A DNA stretch of 64,000 nucleotides. Source: Octopus vulgaris. Taxonomy: Eukaryota. The DNA lies in the NCBI GenBank assembly GCA_951406725.2, contig OX597821.1, positions 29,760,001-29,824,000 on the forward strand. The letters are read 5' to 3'. Below are positions 39,905-54,314 of this stretch, piece by piece. How positions within the stretch are numbered: the stretch's first letter is position 1; the number at the start of each line of letters is the position of its first letter. The notes beneath the pieces are model-generated. The model searched no databases. It was not told where the DNA came from and saw only the letters and a program-made list of their open reading frames with translations. A program made the translations under genes and the position numbers.

Positions 39905-40206
39905 GGATGTGCAATGGCCCAGTGGTTAGGGCAGCGAACTTGCGGTTGTAGTATCGCGGTTTCGATTCCCAGACCGGGCGTTGTGTGTGTTTATTGAGCG
40001 AAAACACCTAAAGCTCCACGAGGCTCCGGCAGGGGGTGGTGATCCCTGCTGTACTCTTTCACTACTCTTTCTCTCACTCTTTCTTCTGTTGGTCTGTTCG
40101 CTTAGCCAGCAGGGTGGCATCATTGGAAGGCTAAAACAATGCGAACGCATTGTGACCTGCGATGTGTAGCAACATCTGATGGTCTGGTGTGTCACGTGAT
40201 CACGTG
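39905..40206 (+). mobile_element. tRNA-derived SINE with 12-bp TSD
   Basis: A box TGGCCCAGTGG, B box GGTTTCGATTCC, tail (TCACGTGA)2; TSD ATAATAAAACAT at 39893-39904 and 40207-40218. Confidence 0.88.
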
Positions 40207-40249
40207 ATAATAAAACATAGCACTCCTTAAATAGGTATTAATGATAGAT

Positions 40250-40575
40250 TCATGATTTGTCGTCACTGTCCTTCTGCAGGTTTTTCAGTTTCCATATTCG
40301 CTTCTTCACGAATCGCCAATCTTCACTGATAGTTGACATGAGTTTGCTTCGATACGGCAAGAAACGTGTAGAGGTCTCGTTTTCGGTATCTGTTTCAAAG
40401 AACAGAGCATCTTTATTAACCTTATCATCACTGCTGATTCCTACAAGAGAGACAGAGCTTCCCGTCATCATGTTTGGCCGACCGTGCTTTGGCTCCTGCG
40501 AAACATCCATGAGGATTTCTTCAGATGGGTCAATCACCCGCAAAAGAATCCCAGATGGCTCGCTTTCATCTTCCG
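40250..40575 (-). CDS. Possible terminal coding exon of an unidentified host gene
   Basis: Non-repetitive, GC-richer open frame of ~105 codons (DESEPSGILLRVIDP...LQKDSDDKS*); only a weak upstream acceptor; no recognised domain. Confidence 0.3.
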
Positions 40576-42494
40576 ATATATATACACAAAACAGAAAATG
40601 TCAGACAGACTGGTCAGTTATTCCTCTTTAAATTTTGGTAAATTCTTAAATATATCTCCTTCTGTGTATATATATATGCTACCAAACGAACATGATTTTT
40701 ATTGAACTCAAATTACTTATTGTAGACCCGTTCTCGAATACTTTCTTGTATACCTGTGTGTTTGTATATACACATGTGTGCATGAGGCTAGAAGAAGGAG
40801 GAGGAGAAGAAGGAGAAGAAGAAGAAGAAGAAAAAGAAGGAGAAGAAGGAGAAGACGGAGAAGAAGATGAGGAAGAAGGAGAAGAAGGAGAAGAAGAAGA
40901 AGAAGAAGGAGAAGAAGGAGAATAGAAGAAGAAGAAGAAGAAGGAGAAGAAGAAGAAGAAGAAGAAGAAGAAAAAGGAGAAGGAGAAGAAGAAGGAGGAG
41001 AAGAAAAAGGAGAAGAAGGAGCAGAAGAAGAAGAAGAAGAAGGAGAAGATGAAGAAGAAGAAGACGACGACGACGACAGGAAGACAGTTTTGCTGTCATG
41101 TCAAAGAATGACCTCATACTGTGATTGTCAAGAAATGTTCCACGGAGGTTAATATTCGAAGAGAAATTTTTTATTGCGTTCCCTTAAGCACATTCTTAAA
41201 AAGAAATATTATAGTGCTATTTTATTTATCAGCTCTGAAAGAAAGGTAGAAAGGTGGTGACATGAGTGGAATTTGAACCCATAGCGCAGAAACCGAAACA
41301 AAATATCGCAAAGCATTGTAATTGCCAATGTAAAACGACTTTTGCCAATTCATGGCCATAGAGACACAAGCCACCAGGTACTCGCACAAGATAGAACTGA
41401 TGAAGAATAAACGGAATTAGCAACATATGATTTAAAAGAAAATGAGTCGTTTCTGAAAGAGATATTCTCTTCCTGTATAAAGATTACAGAAGATATTTGC
41501 GGATGTATGCGCTTGTGTTTCTGCATGGTTGTGTGTATTGTGCGTGTGCACCCGTAGATACTCACGCGCGCACACACACACACAAACGCTGAAGAAATCA
41601 CTATTGTTGTTGTTATTATTACGTATTAAAATTGCTGTCGTTATTGTTGTGGTAGTTGTTTTTGTTGTTGTTGTTGTTGTTATTACCAAAATATAAAAAT
41701 GAAAATGGTAAACTATATTTAAAAGAATAATAATAATCGTCGTCGTTGTCGTCTTTACCATCATCACCATTATCATCATTATCCTATCTTTCTTCTTCTT
41801 CTTCTTCTTCTTCTTCTTCTTCTTCTTCTTCTTCTTCTTCTTCTTCTTCTTCTTCTTCTTCCTCATTCTTCTCTTCATTTTCTTCTTCTTCACCTTCTTC
41901 ATTTTTTTCTTCTTAATTTTCTTCTTCTTCTTCTTCTTTTTCTTCTTCTTCTTCTTCTCCTCTTCCTTCTTCTTTGTTGCTCTTTTTGTCATTCTCCTTC
42001 AAATTATTATTATGATTGTGCATTATACTCAGGTGCCATGATTTCGTAATTTTTGAATTTTTTTCTTTCACTTAGTACCAAACGTTATTTAACCGATGGC
42101 CTTTTCTCTTTTTATCTTATCTTTTGACAAAATCTAAATCTGCTGAGAAAAATATCCACACTAAATCTGTTTTTCTGACCTTTCAAAAGTAACCAGATGA
42201 CCTAAGATGGCGGCGAGATATCTCACAGATCAAAATGGAGAATGTGCTGGTGGTGCTTAAAAATTTGTTTTTTCTCGTTTACTCTGTGGTAGGCCATTGA
42301 TGTCTTTGTTTTATTTTTGAGTTTTTGTTAGTAGTGGTGGTAGTCTTATGAAAATGCAGATAAACAATTTTGGAAACATTTTTGTATATATACATACATA
42401 CATGCACACACATACACACATATGTACATACATATATATACATACACATATATAAATATATACACATATATGTGTGCATATATATATATGTGTA

Positions 42495-42534
<40 letters not shown>

Positions 42535-42664
42535 AATATACATATATATATATGTATATATATACATATATATATACATATATACATACATATATATATG
42601 TGTGTGTATATATGTATATGTACAAATATATATATACACAAATATACATATATATATGTATATA

Positions 42665-42707
<43 letters not shown>

Positions 42708-42963
42708 ATATATATTCACATATATGTTTATGAGTGGTTGTTCACATATACAAATCAAACAGACACGCACATCTCCACACGTGCATACGTATCTCTCTCT
42801 CTATATATATTTATATAATCATACATGTATGTGCTCTTGAATAAATGCAGGTTAACCTTCATACGCATAGACACATTTAAGCGTGTAGACTATATACAAA
42901 CACGCGCATACAAAGGCATGTACACGCATACACACACATATATATATATACACACACACACTG

Positions 42964-43004
<41 letters not shown>

Positions 43005-43694
43005 TTATTCATAGATGTGTGCAACTGTAGTAAAATGCCTTAGCAGAGCTAATGTTATATAGAGTTTGTTTTTTTTTGTCTATCAAACACAAAGGCTATT
43101 AAAATCTTATACACATTAGAACATTAGATATGAGATATTTTTTGGTGAGATTGAAAGAAATCAGTTTTTTCTGTGCACACATACACGTAAACCAATGCGC
43201 ATATTCATTGAGGGTATGAGGGGGAGGGGAGACGGAAAGAAAGAGAGAGAAATATGTTTTAAATGATAGAGACAGAGAGAGATAGGGAAAGAGAGAAAGA
43301 TAATGAAACGAGTGAAGGAGATTGGATAAAAAATGACTAATCTTTAGAACGTGTTAAAATATACTTAGAGCTCAAAGTTGGTATGCCTTTATTAATTGTT
43401 TAAGGTTTTTCTGCTTAATCAGGGTGTGAAAATTTTCGGTATAACCGTTTTGCCGCTCCCTATCTGGCGTCGCTGATTAAACATTGGCTTATGTGGCATC
43501 AGACGTTTTAATGCTTGTTTCGTTCTCTCCTTGCTTGTCTTTCTATTTTTCCTGCATTCTCCCTCCTTCCATCTCATTTCATCTTCCTCTGCAACTCTTT
43601 CTCTATGCTTATGCGTGTGATCATATCCCCATATGAATGAGAGCGGAATCTAGTTATGCTAATCGAAATCAAGTGATAAATTGTGATGTCTCAT

Positions 43695-43738
43695 TTTCGT
43701 TCTTTCTTTTTTTCTTTCTTTGTTTCTTTGTTTCTTTG

Positions 43739-43770
<32 letters not shown>

Positions 43771-43865
43771 TTCCTTTCTTTCTTCCTTCCTTTCTTTCTT
43801 CCTTCTTTCTTTCTTCCTTTCTTTCTTTCTTTCTTCCTTCCTTCCTTCCTTCCTTCCTTCCTTTC

Positions 43866-43954
<89 letters not shown>

Positions 43955-44017
43955 TTCCTTCCTTTCTTTCCTTCTTTTTTTCTTTCTTTCTTTCTTTCTT
44001 TCTTCCTTCCTTCTTTC

Positions 44018-44050
<33 letters not shown>

Positions 44051-44160
44051 TTTCTTCCTTTCTTTCTTTCTTCCTTCCTTCCTTTCTTTCTTTCTTCCTT
44101 TCCTTCCTTCCTTCCTTCCTTCCTTCCTTCCTTCCTTCCTTTCTTTCTTTCTTCCTCTCC

Positions 44161-44193
<33 letters not shown>

Positions 44194-44261
44194 TTCCTTT
44201 CCTTTCTTTCTTTCTTTCTTCCTTCCTTCCTTCCTTCCTTCATTCCTTCCTTCCTTCCTTC

Positions 44262-44330
<69 letters not shown>

Positions 44331-44689
44331 TTCCTTCCTTTCTTTCCTTCTTTCCTTCTTTCTTTCTTTCTTTCTTACTTCCTTCCTTCTTTCCTTTCTT
44401 TCTTTCTTTCTTCCTTTCTTTCTTCCTTCCTTTCTTTATTTCTTCCTTCCTTTCTTTCTTTCTTTCTTCCTTTTTTCCTTTCTTCCTTCCTTCCTTCCTT
44501 TCTTTCTTTCTTTCTTACTTCCTTCCTTCTTTCCTTTCTTTCTTTCTTTCTTCCTTTCTTTCTTCCTTCCTTTCTTTATTTCTTCCTTCCTTTCTTTCTT
44601 TCTTTCTTCCTTTTTTCCTTTCTTCCTTCCTTTCTTCCTTTCTTTCTTTCTTCCTTTCTTTCTTTCTTTCTTCCTTCCTTCCTTCCTTC

Positions 44690-44722
<33 letters not shown>

Positions 44723-44732
44723 TCCCTCTCTT
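43695..44732. repeat. ~1-kb (CTTT)n/(CCTT)n polypyrimidine tract
   Basis: Direct inspection. Confidence 0.95.
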
Positions 44733-45767
44733 TATGAATATGAGCATATTTCCCTTTTATGTGTATGAAGAGAAAGGAAAATGTGTTCAGTCAATTAATT
44801 ATAATTTCTCTCTTTCACAGTCGCTCTATCTGTATGTGCATATCTCTGCACACTCGTACGCTGCGCGAATCACTATGTACGTGCATGATTGTGTGTGTAT
44901 GCGTGTGTGTGTGAGTGTGTGTGTGTTTGTGCGTGCATGCGCATGTGTGTATGTCTGCCTCCAGTGCCAACAGGGACTATCGCCAAAACATCCTGAATAC
45001 TCAATAAGCTGTGCCAGACCATCAGTAACCAAACAGCTGCGCCCAGTTGTTCCATTCTCTCATAATCACACAGATTTGAAAATTTAGATCGATATCTACA
45101 CACACCTAAACACAGACTGACACACGCACACACCCAGACACAGACATACAGGCATACACAGACACACACACATACATAAACACACACATACAACAAGCTA
45201 TAACCTGACACAAGTAATATATTTGAAAAAGAACGAAATGTAAAACCTCATTAACAGTTCACTGCAGGTGTGTAAACATAAGAAACCAACTTAGAATGAA
45301 AAATTAACTTACGAATTTTACAATATAGCTAAAAAGTTGCAAACGTCATGACTCCAACAGTTATATTGGTTATGGAAGTACACAAATCTCATACGCTTAT
45401 CATGCCTTTACAACGAGGTGTAATTTCAATACACTACATTCTACACCACAAAAGAAACCTAGATAAGAAAACATTAATAGAAAATGCTTCCTCACGTTAT
45501 AGAATTCCCACAGAAACTTACTATGGAAGAATTACTAGTATCACGACACAAGGTTTATTATTGATGTATGATGTAAAATATATATAAACATCACAGATGC
45601 GACTCCGATGTCGTACAGCTCAAATACAGTAGCGGTCAAGTTTTGGCGGTGAAATCTGTATAAATATTAGAAGACCACTATAAAAGGGGTGGTAGAGAAC
45701 ATAAAACTACTCCATAGCCTGAAGATGAGGTTAGAAAACGAACTATGAGGGTGTGATATGCAAAAGC

Positions 45768-45829
<62 letters not shown>

Positions 45830-45980
45830 ATTATATATATGTATATGTATATATACTGTCGCCATGATAGATCGTAGGCTCGAAACGTAAAAGACTTTTT
45901 CTATTCCTGAGCGTTATTTTAATACATCTGTTTGTTTTGTACACCACCTGTCTTCGTCTTATGTTTTTTCCGTAAACTCT

Positions 45981-46039
<59 letters not shown>

Positions 46040-46559
46040 TACATACACAACACACACACGCATATATATATATATACATATATATATGCGTGTGTGTGTT
46101 GTGTATGTATATATGTATATACATATATATATGTATATATATATACATACACATCACACACACGCATATATAGATATATATATATATACTTATGATGGTT
46201 GCTTCATCTTGAGAGATGATAGCAGTCTCATCAGCATACACACCACACCCCATCACACTGTACAATCACTCCGTTGATGATCTCTTAGATGACTTTTAAG
46301 ATCAGCTGCTGACTGACAGGGTTTAAAACACAAGTGACAGATATTATTCAAGTGTCTTCTATATCTTTGTCCTTTGGAATCTGATTTTGAAGGAATGTAA
46401 TATATTTGAAAAGGAAAGTAATGTATTTGAAAACGAATGAAATGTGAAATCTCATTAACAGCTCACTGCAGGTGTGTATACATCAGAAAACAACTTAGAA
46501 TGAAAAATAAACTTATGAATTTTACAATATAGCTAAGAAGCTTTTCATGAGTGGACCTC

Positions 46560-47950
46560 TTTGTTGCTAAAAGTTCATTTATCACTGTATCATTGGAATC
46601 AAACTAGCCTCGGTGTTGTCTCCTTTTAAAACCTAACACCTCTGATCCTATTTATATATTCCATCACGAGAAGATTACCATGAACCTTCAAAATGAACAT
46701 TGCTGCATCTATTCTGAAACAACTGCAAAACTTGTGGCTGTTTTAGCTGCTCCGCATAAATTTTCATTGGTACTCGTACACCAGCACTACGAATCTTTTT
46801 TACGGACCCTGAACTTGAACTTAGCCCTAACCATTTTGTGATCAGTATCACAGTCAGCACTTCGCAATACTCTGAGACTGCACAAATCTTGTAAGTCAGA
46901 TTTCCGAGTTAATATAAAGTCAATCATATAACCTTGTTTTGATCTTGGGTGAATCCAAGTAACTTTATGTTTCATCTTGTCATGAAAGACAGTATTCCCA
47001 ACAATCTGTTCTAGCGCAGAGCACATTTGTAGCAGATGTAACCCACTGTTGTTCACCTTTCCTATTTCAGAATACTCAAGTACATTCCAAGTACCTCTAC
47101 CAACACGTACATTAAAGTCACGAAGCACAACCAACTTCTCATTCAAAGGGACTAAAAGAATACTTCTTCTAAGCTCCTCATAATACGCTTGGACATTTTC
47201 TTCACTACTTGAAGGTGTAGGAGCATAAATAGGAGAAAACAGTTACAAAATATTCACAAGAAAGAGGGATCCGGAGTTTCATTATGCGTGTATTTATGCT
47301 TTGTGGGTGTTCTAGATCTGTTAGCAAACCACTTCTAATTGCAAACCCAACACCACCTTCCCTTTTCTCTCCCTTTGGCCTCCCAACCCAGAATAGTGTG
47401 AAACTTGCTGCTCTTTCGACAAGATAATCTTCATCTGAACATCTTGTTTCAGAAAGAGCTGCAATCTCAACATTAAAATGCCTTAGTTCCTTAGTTACTA
47501 GATCTGTTCTTCTTTCAGGCATACCTGCTCGATCTAAAAGAGTTCTCACATTCCAACAGTCCAGGTTAAGAGAAAACGTATTCCTTGCACACTTGTTATC
47601 ATTGTTTATATCAATTATTTGTTCATTCCTTCTAAATTGAACCTCCGTTATCCGCAGTAAACTAACCAGCAGAGAGAGGACAGACAATTTCTAGCGCACC
47701 TTTTCTAGCAACCTCCCAATATATCCAGGTGAGCAGTGTTCTTCTTAAAAGGGCTGCTCAGACAGAGGATTCTCCACTAAAAACAGTTCTCGTCCATGAA
47801 ATCATGTAAGCGATGTTAAGATAAGAACCCTGCCGCCCTATGTGCAGATTTGTAACTGTCTGCTTCCAACCGGTCAAGTCTGAATACGTCGCCCTAGGAC
47901 TTTTGAACAGTGATGATTGTACGATGATGGTATTATGTCGGGGACATGTG
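46560..47950 (-). mobile_element. 5' part of an RTE-clade LINE (5' UTR plus APE endonuclease), decayed
   Basis: CWNVRTLLD...ERRT.LV..EL...IAALSETR; DFNVRVG; TWIHPRSK..MIDFILTR; DTDH. Confidence 0.85.
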
Positions 47951-48157
47951 TACTTCAATGGATTTCAGTAACAAACGCTTGTACAACACTTTTGTCAATT
48001 TCTGGAACAAAATAGTAGATTCCACTGACAAGGATAGCAAGATGACTAGTACTAAGTTGACTGCAGGTTTTATATCAGTGTTCTCTCCTAGAAGAGTTGC
48101 CTTCACCACGGCTACTGAGCGTCATCTGCTCCCTCCTCCACACACACAATATATGTA

Positions 48158-48242
<85 letters not shown>

Positions 48243-48338
48243 GTATATATATATGCATATGTATACATATGTACACATTAAAAATACACACACACACACG
48301 CACAAACACACACACACACACACACACACAGACACACA

Positions 48339-48409
<71 letters not shown>

Positions 48410-48799
48410 TTGCACCTGAAGAATACGTTTGAGTTCTCTCAACATATGAAACTACTAGTAGCGCTTTAATACATGCATTGTGACCTTTGAAAAATAATAT
48501 TTATCTCTCACCAGTTGGAGCACTATTTTATCACGGATCAGTACATTATACACACACACACACGTACACACACATATATTAGCTTCCGTTTATCTAGGAC
48601 CACCAAATGCATCAATAATTCTTGTTACTGGCAAGAAAACTATGTTGGTATTGCGTGGCATCAAATACAGGGCACCAATATATCAGGATTTGCACACACG
48701 AATCTCACATGTGGACATACAAGACACACATATACACATGTCCATGCCCCAACAATTAGCAGCATCTCAATAGCAAACTGAACGTGCACAGACCAGACA

Positions 48800-49010
48800 C
48801 CTATTTCTTTACTACCCACAAGGGGCTAAACACAGAGAGGACAGACAAACGGATTAAGTCGATTACATCGACCCCAGTGCGTAACTGGTACTTAATTTAT
48901 CGACCCCGAAAGGATGAAAGGCAAAGTCGAACTTGGCGGAATTTGAACTCAGAACGTAGCGGCAGACCAAATACCGTTAAGCATTTCGCCCGGCGCGCTA
49001 ACGTTTCTGT
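48800..49010 (-). mobile_element. Young Meta-like SINE
   Basis: Matches the unit of 2678-3292. Confidence 0.85.
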
Positions 49011-50259
49011 ACACGTACCCGACCTACATGCATACACACAGCAGATACAAACGTAGACATATCAGATATATGCACTCACATATCAGGTACACACATCAAC
49101 GAACTAACGTACTAAAACACACACACACACATACACACATGCAGACACAAACACACACAACAGAGAGTTTTCTGCACAGCAGATACACACATACACTTAC
49201 CAGATGCACGCGCAGAATGTACATACGCACACAAACTAGAAGTATACAATCACACATCATGTACACACATACGCACACACACCAGCACACTGATTTCGTT
49301 AACAAATCCTACCCTACATTCTAGGCTAAAAGTCGCCACCAACAGCCTGTTCCAGAACGTGATCCCTGGGGTATAGATTGAATACACTCTGAACTGATGT
49401 TACCAAATTGATAACACTATGCTGATCAATAGTGACCCAACATCCAGAAACCATATCGGCTTGATTCATTTGGATTCTAAGAGTCTGATCAAATAGATTC
49501 GTTTGGTAAGCCTACGAATATTTAAGTTATATAGAACTGAATCAAATTGCTATTAAATGTTTTGCACACACAAACACACACACATACAAACACACACACA
49601 CACACACACACACACAAATGCACGCACGCACGTATGCCTATATCTATTTATGTATGTATGTAAAATGACTTTCTTTCTCTCTTATTAACCAATTCGGATA
49701 ACACCATTTCTCTTCCACCTTGCCTTGCTGCTTTTTGTTTGAAAATTTAACTTCAATGTAGTCACTATTGTTGATGCGTGTTGGGCATTTTCGGGAACTA
49801 AATTCGAACGTCTTTGTGGTTGACGAGTTTCTGTTGCTGTTTTGTTAGAAATCGGTTATCCACCGTCTTCTTTTAACTACTTTGCCGTTTCTAATGTTGC
49901 CTACTATGTAATCAGAAAGAAAAGTAACACATAAACTAAAATTAGGTAGATAAGACAGTTATCAAAGCGACATGCTTACATTACACTTAATGACCTCAAA
50001 TATAATTTCATTGCACCATCAGTGATGCAATTAGGAAACCGACAAACCACAACGGAATATCAGCATCGCCATAGCTATCTAAATCAACAATATCTGGAAC
50101 AAAAGTTTATTCAATTTGGTACCACCAAGTTTTCTCCGTCAATTTCCAAGGCCACTTGATAAAGGTAATGGAATACGGAAAGAAACACAGTATCACAAAC
50201 AGCAACAATATCGAAATAATAATGCTAGTTACAAAATTTATTTTCCAATAACGAATTCA

Positions 50260-52030
50260 TAGAAATGAAATACATGAGTGACATATTTGATGTTAACATA
50301 AACAGCTACGACGACAGAGCTGAGATGCAGGAGTTGAATTATTCTGAAAAGAAAATTCAAAACTTCAAGTTATATGGTTGTATACAGAAATGGACGTACA
50401 ATCTTACACCACACGAGGCTACACATGAGATATGTCAAGGACAGAATTTATGAGTATATTCAAGTATTTAGGCCTTAATATTTGTTCCCGTCAATATAAA
50501 CATGGTTTACGTCCTAGACATTGAGTGCCGAAGACAGGTGACGCTTCTCCATAGAAAGCCTCATGAAAAGTACAAAAATAACGATCTATCTTATTCCAAT
50601 ATCCTAAAAATGTATAAGCATCTTATATATCTCCAGAAAAAGGTGACCTCTCTTCAGAAAAAGGTGACCTATCTTCAAAAGAAGGTAACCTATCTTCAGA
50701 TAAAGCAGCCAGTAGCTACTATAACATATAAGAGAAAAAGTGCAAAAGCGTGTTTAAAGGAATTTAGATTCTTATTCATATGTAGAATGGTAGACTGATA
50801 TGTCACCCGATTTAACACTACCAATCTGACTGCTTAAGTGTCTTTGACAGAATCTGTTTTGCTGCAAGCATTCGGGTTAAGTCTCTGGCCGATACAATAT
50901 ACATTGCGTAAACTGAACAATACATTTCTAATATGCTCTGTAGAAAACTAATCACCAAATACTAAGAAGCTAAACGTATAATATGAACAGAAATTAAAGA
51001 TAAAACCAATATGCATTCATGAAACAAAATTCTAACAGTCAAATTTTAATAGGAAAATAAAACCTGACTGATCTTCCTGAGGTAAGTAATTGGATCACAT
51101 GAAAGTTTACGACTTGCTATCCTGCCCCACTAAACGAAATATCCGTTACCGTTTAAAAAAATATTTTTTTTATTGATAAACTATGTTACGACTGCTCCTC
51201 AGGCAAAAAAACAAAAAAAAAAAACAAACAAAAAACAAAAACAAAAACAAAAAATGAAACACTTCAAGTAATGATAATATAGTTAAATTTATGGAAAGTA
51301 TGTAGTTATTCTATTTGAGATATTGGGTGTTCTTTACTCGATTCTTACAACTAACTTAAACACAAACATACATAAACACATTCATGAATTAGTGACTAAA
51401 ACCATTCTCCTTCTAACATACATATCTATTCTCTTTTCCCTATCTATTTACCCTTACCAGTACATTCTCAAAATTTAATTCACACCACAAGACCCCTTTG
51501 AATGAACAGCACATGGAATTTATTTCTCCACACTATCCACTCGTAATAACAAAATATGAACTCTTAGCGGAATCTACATCCCATGGATAAGAAGCATTTC
51601 TACCCATTCTACACTGAACTTTCTTTGGATAACGGAACTGCAACTGTAACATCCTACATATATTTCTACTTTTATTTTTATTCTCTTGTTTCCCTTCATA
51701 CTTCCTATATCCATCCTTTCCCAAAATAACTTTTTATATTGAACACTCTACTATTCCCCTATAGTTAACTCTCTCATATCGTCTCTGATGAAGGGATATC
51801 CCTAACATCCCAGAAACAGCTGTAAGACAACTTTTCACTTTAGAAATGTCCTATAAATTTCACACAGCCTTAGTTTTGTTGTCTCATTTTATTTAACTTA
51901 TACATGCTCACACAAAACCCGAATTAGACTCCTCATTCGTATTATTATCGAATCGAGAGTCTAACTACGGTCCTCCCGCAGCACTTCCATAGCCTTACCT
52001 GCCATCTTGGGTTTTCTGGATACCAATACT
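50260..52030 (+). mobile_element. Highly decayed Penelope-like retroelement
   Basis: KYMSDIF (YVDDIF-like), VLDI...TLLHRKPH (FLD...T.VYRKPT-like), and a downstream intact hammerhead at 51781; boundaries approximate. Confidence 0.55.
51781..51828 (+). ncRNA. Type-I hammerhead ribozyme
   Basis: GTCT-CTGATGA-A GGGA(loop)TCCC A-GAAAC-AGCT-GTA^AGAC; palindromic ACAGCTGT stem/loop III. Confidence 0.82.
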
Positions 52031-52096
<66 letters not shown>

Positions 52097-52119
52097 TGAT
52101 ACTGCATAGAAAAATGACT

Positions 52120-53010
52120 CACAACATTTGTGAAAAAATATCATTGCTTCGTTCTTTTTGAAACAAAATATTTAAAATATATAATCGTCAGCTCCCCTTG
52201 TCTTTGAACGAACCAGCTGATGCAACTTCTGAAAAGCATCTATGTTTTCTGTATTAGACATTTCAGGAAATGAGAACATATAATTGTATCACATTTTGAA
52301 GGGTTAATACCCCAAAACTACAACTGAAGTTTTGCTTGAGGTCGTGAAAAATGTTCAAGTGATGTGGGAATTAATATTTACAGCTGTCTTGCTATTTCAA
52401 CAGCCGTCACATCAAACATTTGCCGCATTAATAATTCTCTGTAAAAGTTAATGAAATTAGAAAATCCAAACTCGATTCTCATAAAATGTATTTGTCACTC
52501 TCTTCATTTAGCATGTTCCCAGGTTGGTGAAGAATTACCTTCTAATATTGACAATCCGTTAAGAAGAGAAACTTACAACTGGTTCCACAGATCAACACTG
52601 CGAATAGAATTTTGCTTGGAAATCTATAAATTAATCAACGATAGCGAGGAACTAGTGAAAATTGATTCCCCTTTCAGACACAAGTTGGTTAGCGGAACGT
52701 AATTGTGTAAAATGAATTTTTAGCCAGTGGGGTGCATTAAAATTATATTTTCAAATGACATCTTGTAGCGACAAGTCTTATGCAAGGGAATCACTTGCCA
52801 CATACTCATGCAACTAATGAATTTATGAGACCTGTGCTGGGTGAATTCAAAAACAAAAAATTGAATTACTGTTCCAAGAATGGCAGATAATTGTAATATT
52901 TTAAATGAACTATTGAATTTTGCATTCTATATGCTTAAAAGAAATTTGTATTATCAATATGTGACTATTGAAGCGAATGTAGGCAATGAATTACATGATC
53001 TCCTATACAG
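52120..53010 (+). mobile_element. Decayed hAT-like transposase fragment
   Basis: KCICHSLHLACS...YNWFHRS..R followed by a T(S/R)WL-like motif. Confidence 0.65.
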
Positions 53011-53029
53011 AAAAAAAATCGACTTTCGA

Positions 53030-53390
53030 GTTCGGAGAGACAAATAAAACATTCACGCCCAGATATTGTCATAATAAAGAAGAAAGAGCGTGTTATTGAA
53101 TAGATGTAGCTTGCTCATTTGATACTTGAGTGGTACAAAAATGAAGTGATGTAATAGAAAAATAAAATGCAGGAACAACAAATATGGTCTTCAGAGAATT
53201 TGGAATCGCCTGCATTATCTCAATTGTAACGAGAGTCTCAGGAAGAGCAACAACACGCGGTTAAATGGTTGGTTGAAGATGCCGGGTATCGATGTGAAAT
53301 CCTTGATTTTACAGAATGTCTGCTTGCTTGGATGTTGCACGAACCATAAGAAACGTGTGAGTCACTTAATTTAGTGGGATGTAACTTGGT
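53030..53390 (+). mobile_element. R4/Dong-like RLE fragment
   Basis: RPDIVII...DVACSFD remnants similar to 22736-23002. Confidence 0.6.
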
Positions 53391-53418
53391 ATCGAGCAGT
53401 CGGATACTGATGACGCAA

Positions 53419-53646
53419 GGCGAGCTGGCAGAACCGTTAGCATGCCAGGCGAAATGCGTAGCCGTATTTCGTCTGCCGTTACGTTCTGAGTTCAAATTCC
53501 GCCGAGGTTGACTTTGCCTTTCATCCTTTTGGGGTCGATTAAATAAGTACCAGTTACGCACTGGGGTCGATATAATTGACTTAATCCGTTTATCTGTCCT
53601 TGTTTGTCCTCTCTGTGTTTAGCCCCTTGTGGGTAGTAAAGAAATA
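53419..53646 (+). mobile_element. Young Meta-like SINE with 17-bp TSD
   Basis: GGATACTGATGACGCAA at 53402-53418 and 53647-53663. Confidence 0.9.
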
Positions 53647-53912
53647 GGATACTGATGACGCAACAATGAAACATTTGCAAGAAAGAAAGGATATAGAAAT
53701 GATAATATTGCGAGAAAGAAAGGATAACTGCAACTAGTACTAGTAATAATAGTAATGGATTAAATTTTTGCATAGAACCAGCAGTTTTGTTGGGAAGGAG
53801 CTGAGCGATTACATCGAAGGAAAAGCGGAATTTGAGCTCAGAACGTAAAGACTGACAAGATGCCGTAAGCGTGCTAACGATTCTGCCAGTTCATTATGAT
53901 GATGATGATGAA

Positions 53913-54046
<134 letters not shown>

Positions 54047-54060
54047 TGATGATGATAATA

Positions 54061-54112
<52 letters not shown>

Positions 54113-54314
54113 TGATGATGATGATGATGATAATAATAATAATAATAATAATAATGGTAATAATAATAATAATAATAATAACAATAATCCTTTCTATTAT
54201 TAGCATAAGGCTTGAAATTTTTAGGGGAAGAGGCTAGTCGTTTACATTGACCCCAGTACTTAAGTGCTACTTATTTTATCGATCTCGAAAGGATAAAAGG
54301 CAAAGTCGACCACT

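Noticed and set aside
43637-45087. Long ORFs (361-455 aa) and similar poly-N/I/Y/R ORFs elsewhere
   Set aside because: They are translations of stop-free microsatellites, open in several frames.
53402-53418. CTGATGA motif occurring twice
   Set aside because: Part of a SINE TSD; no paired stems with a GAAA.
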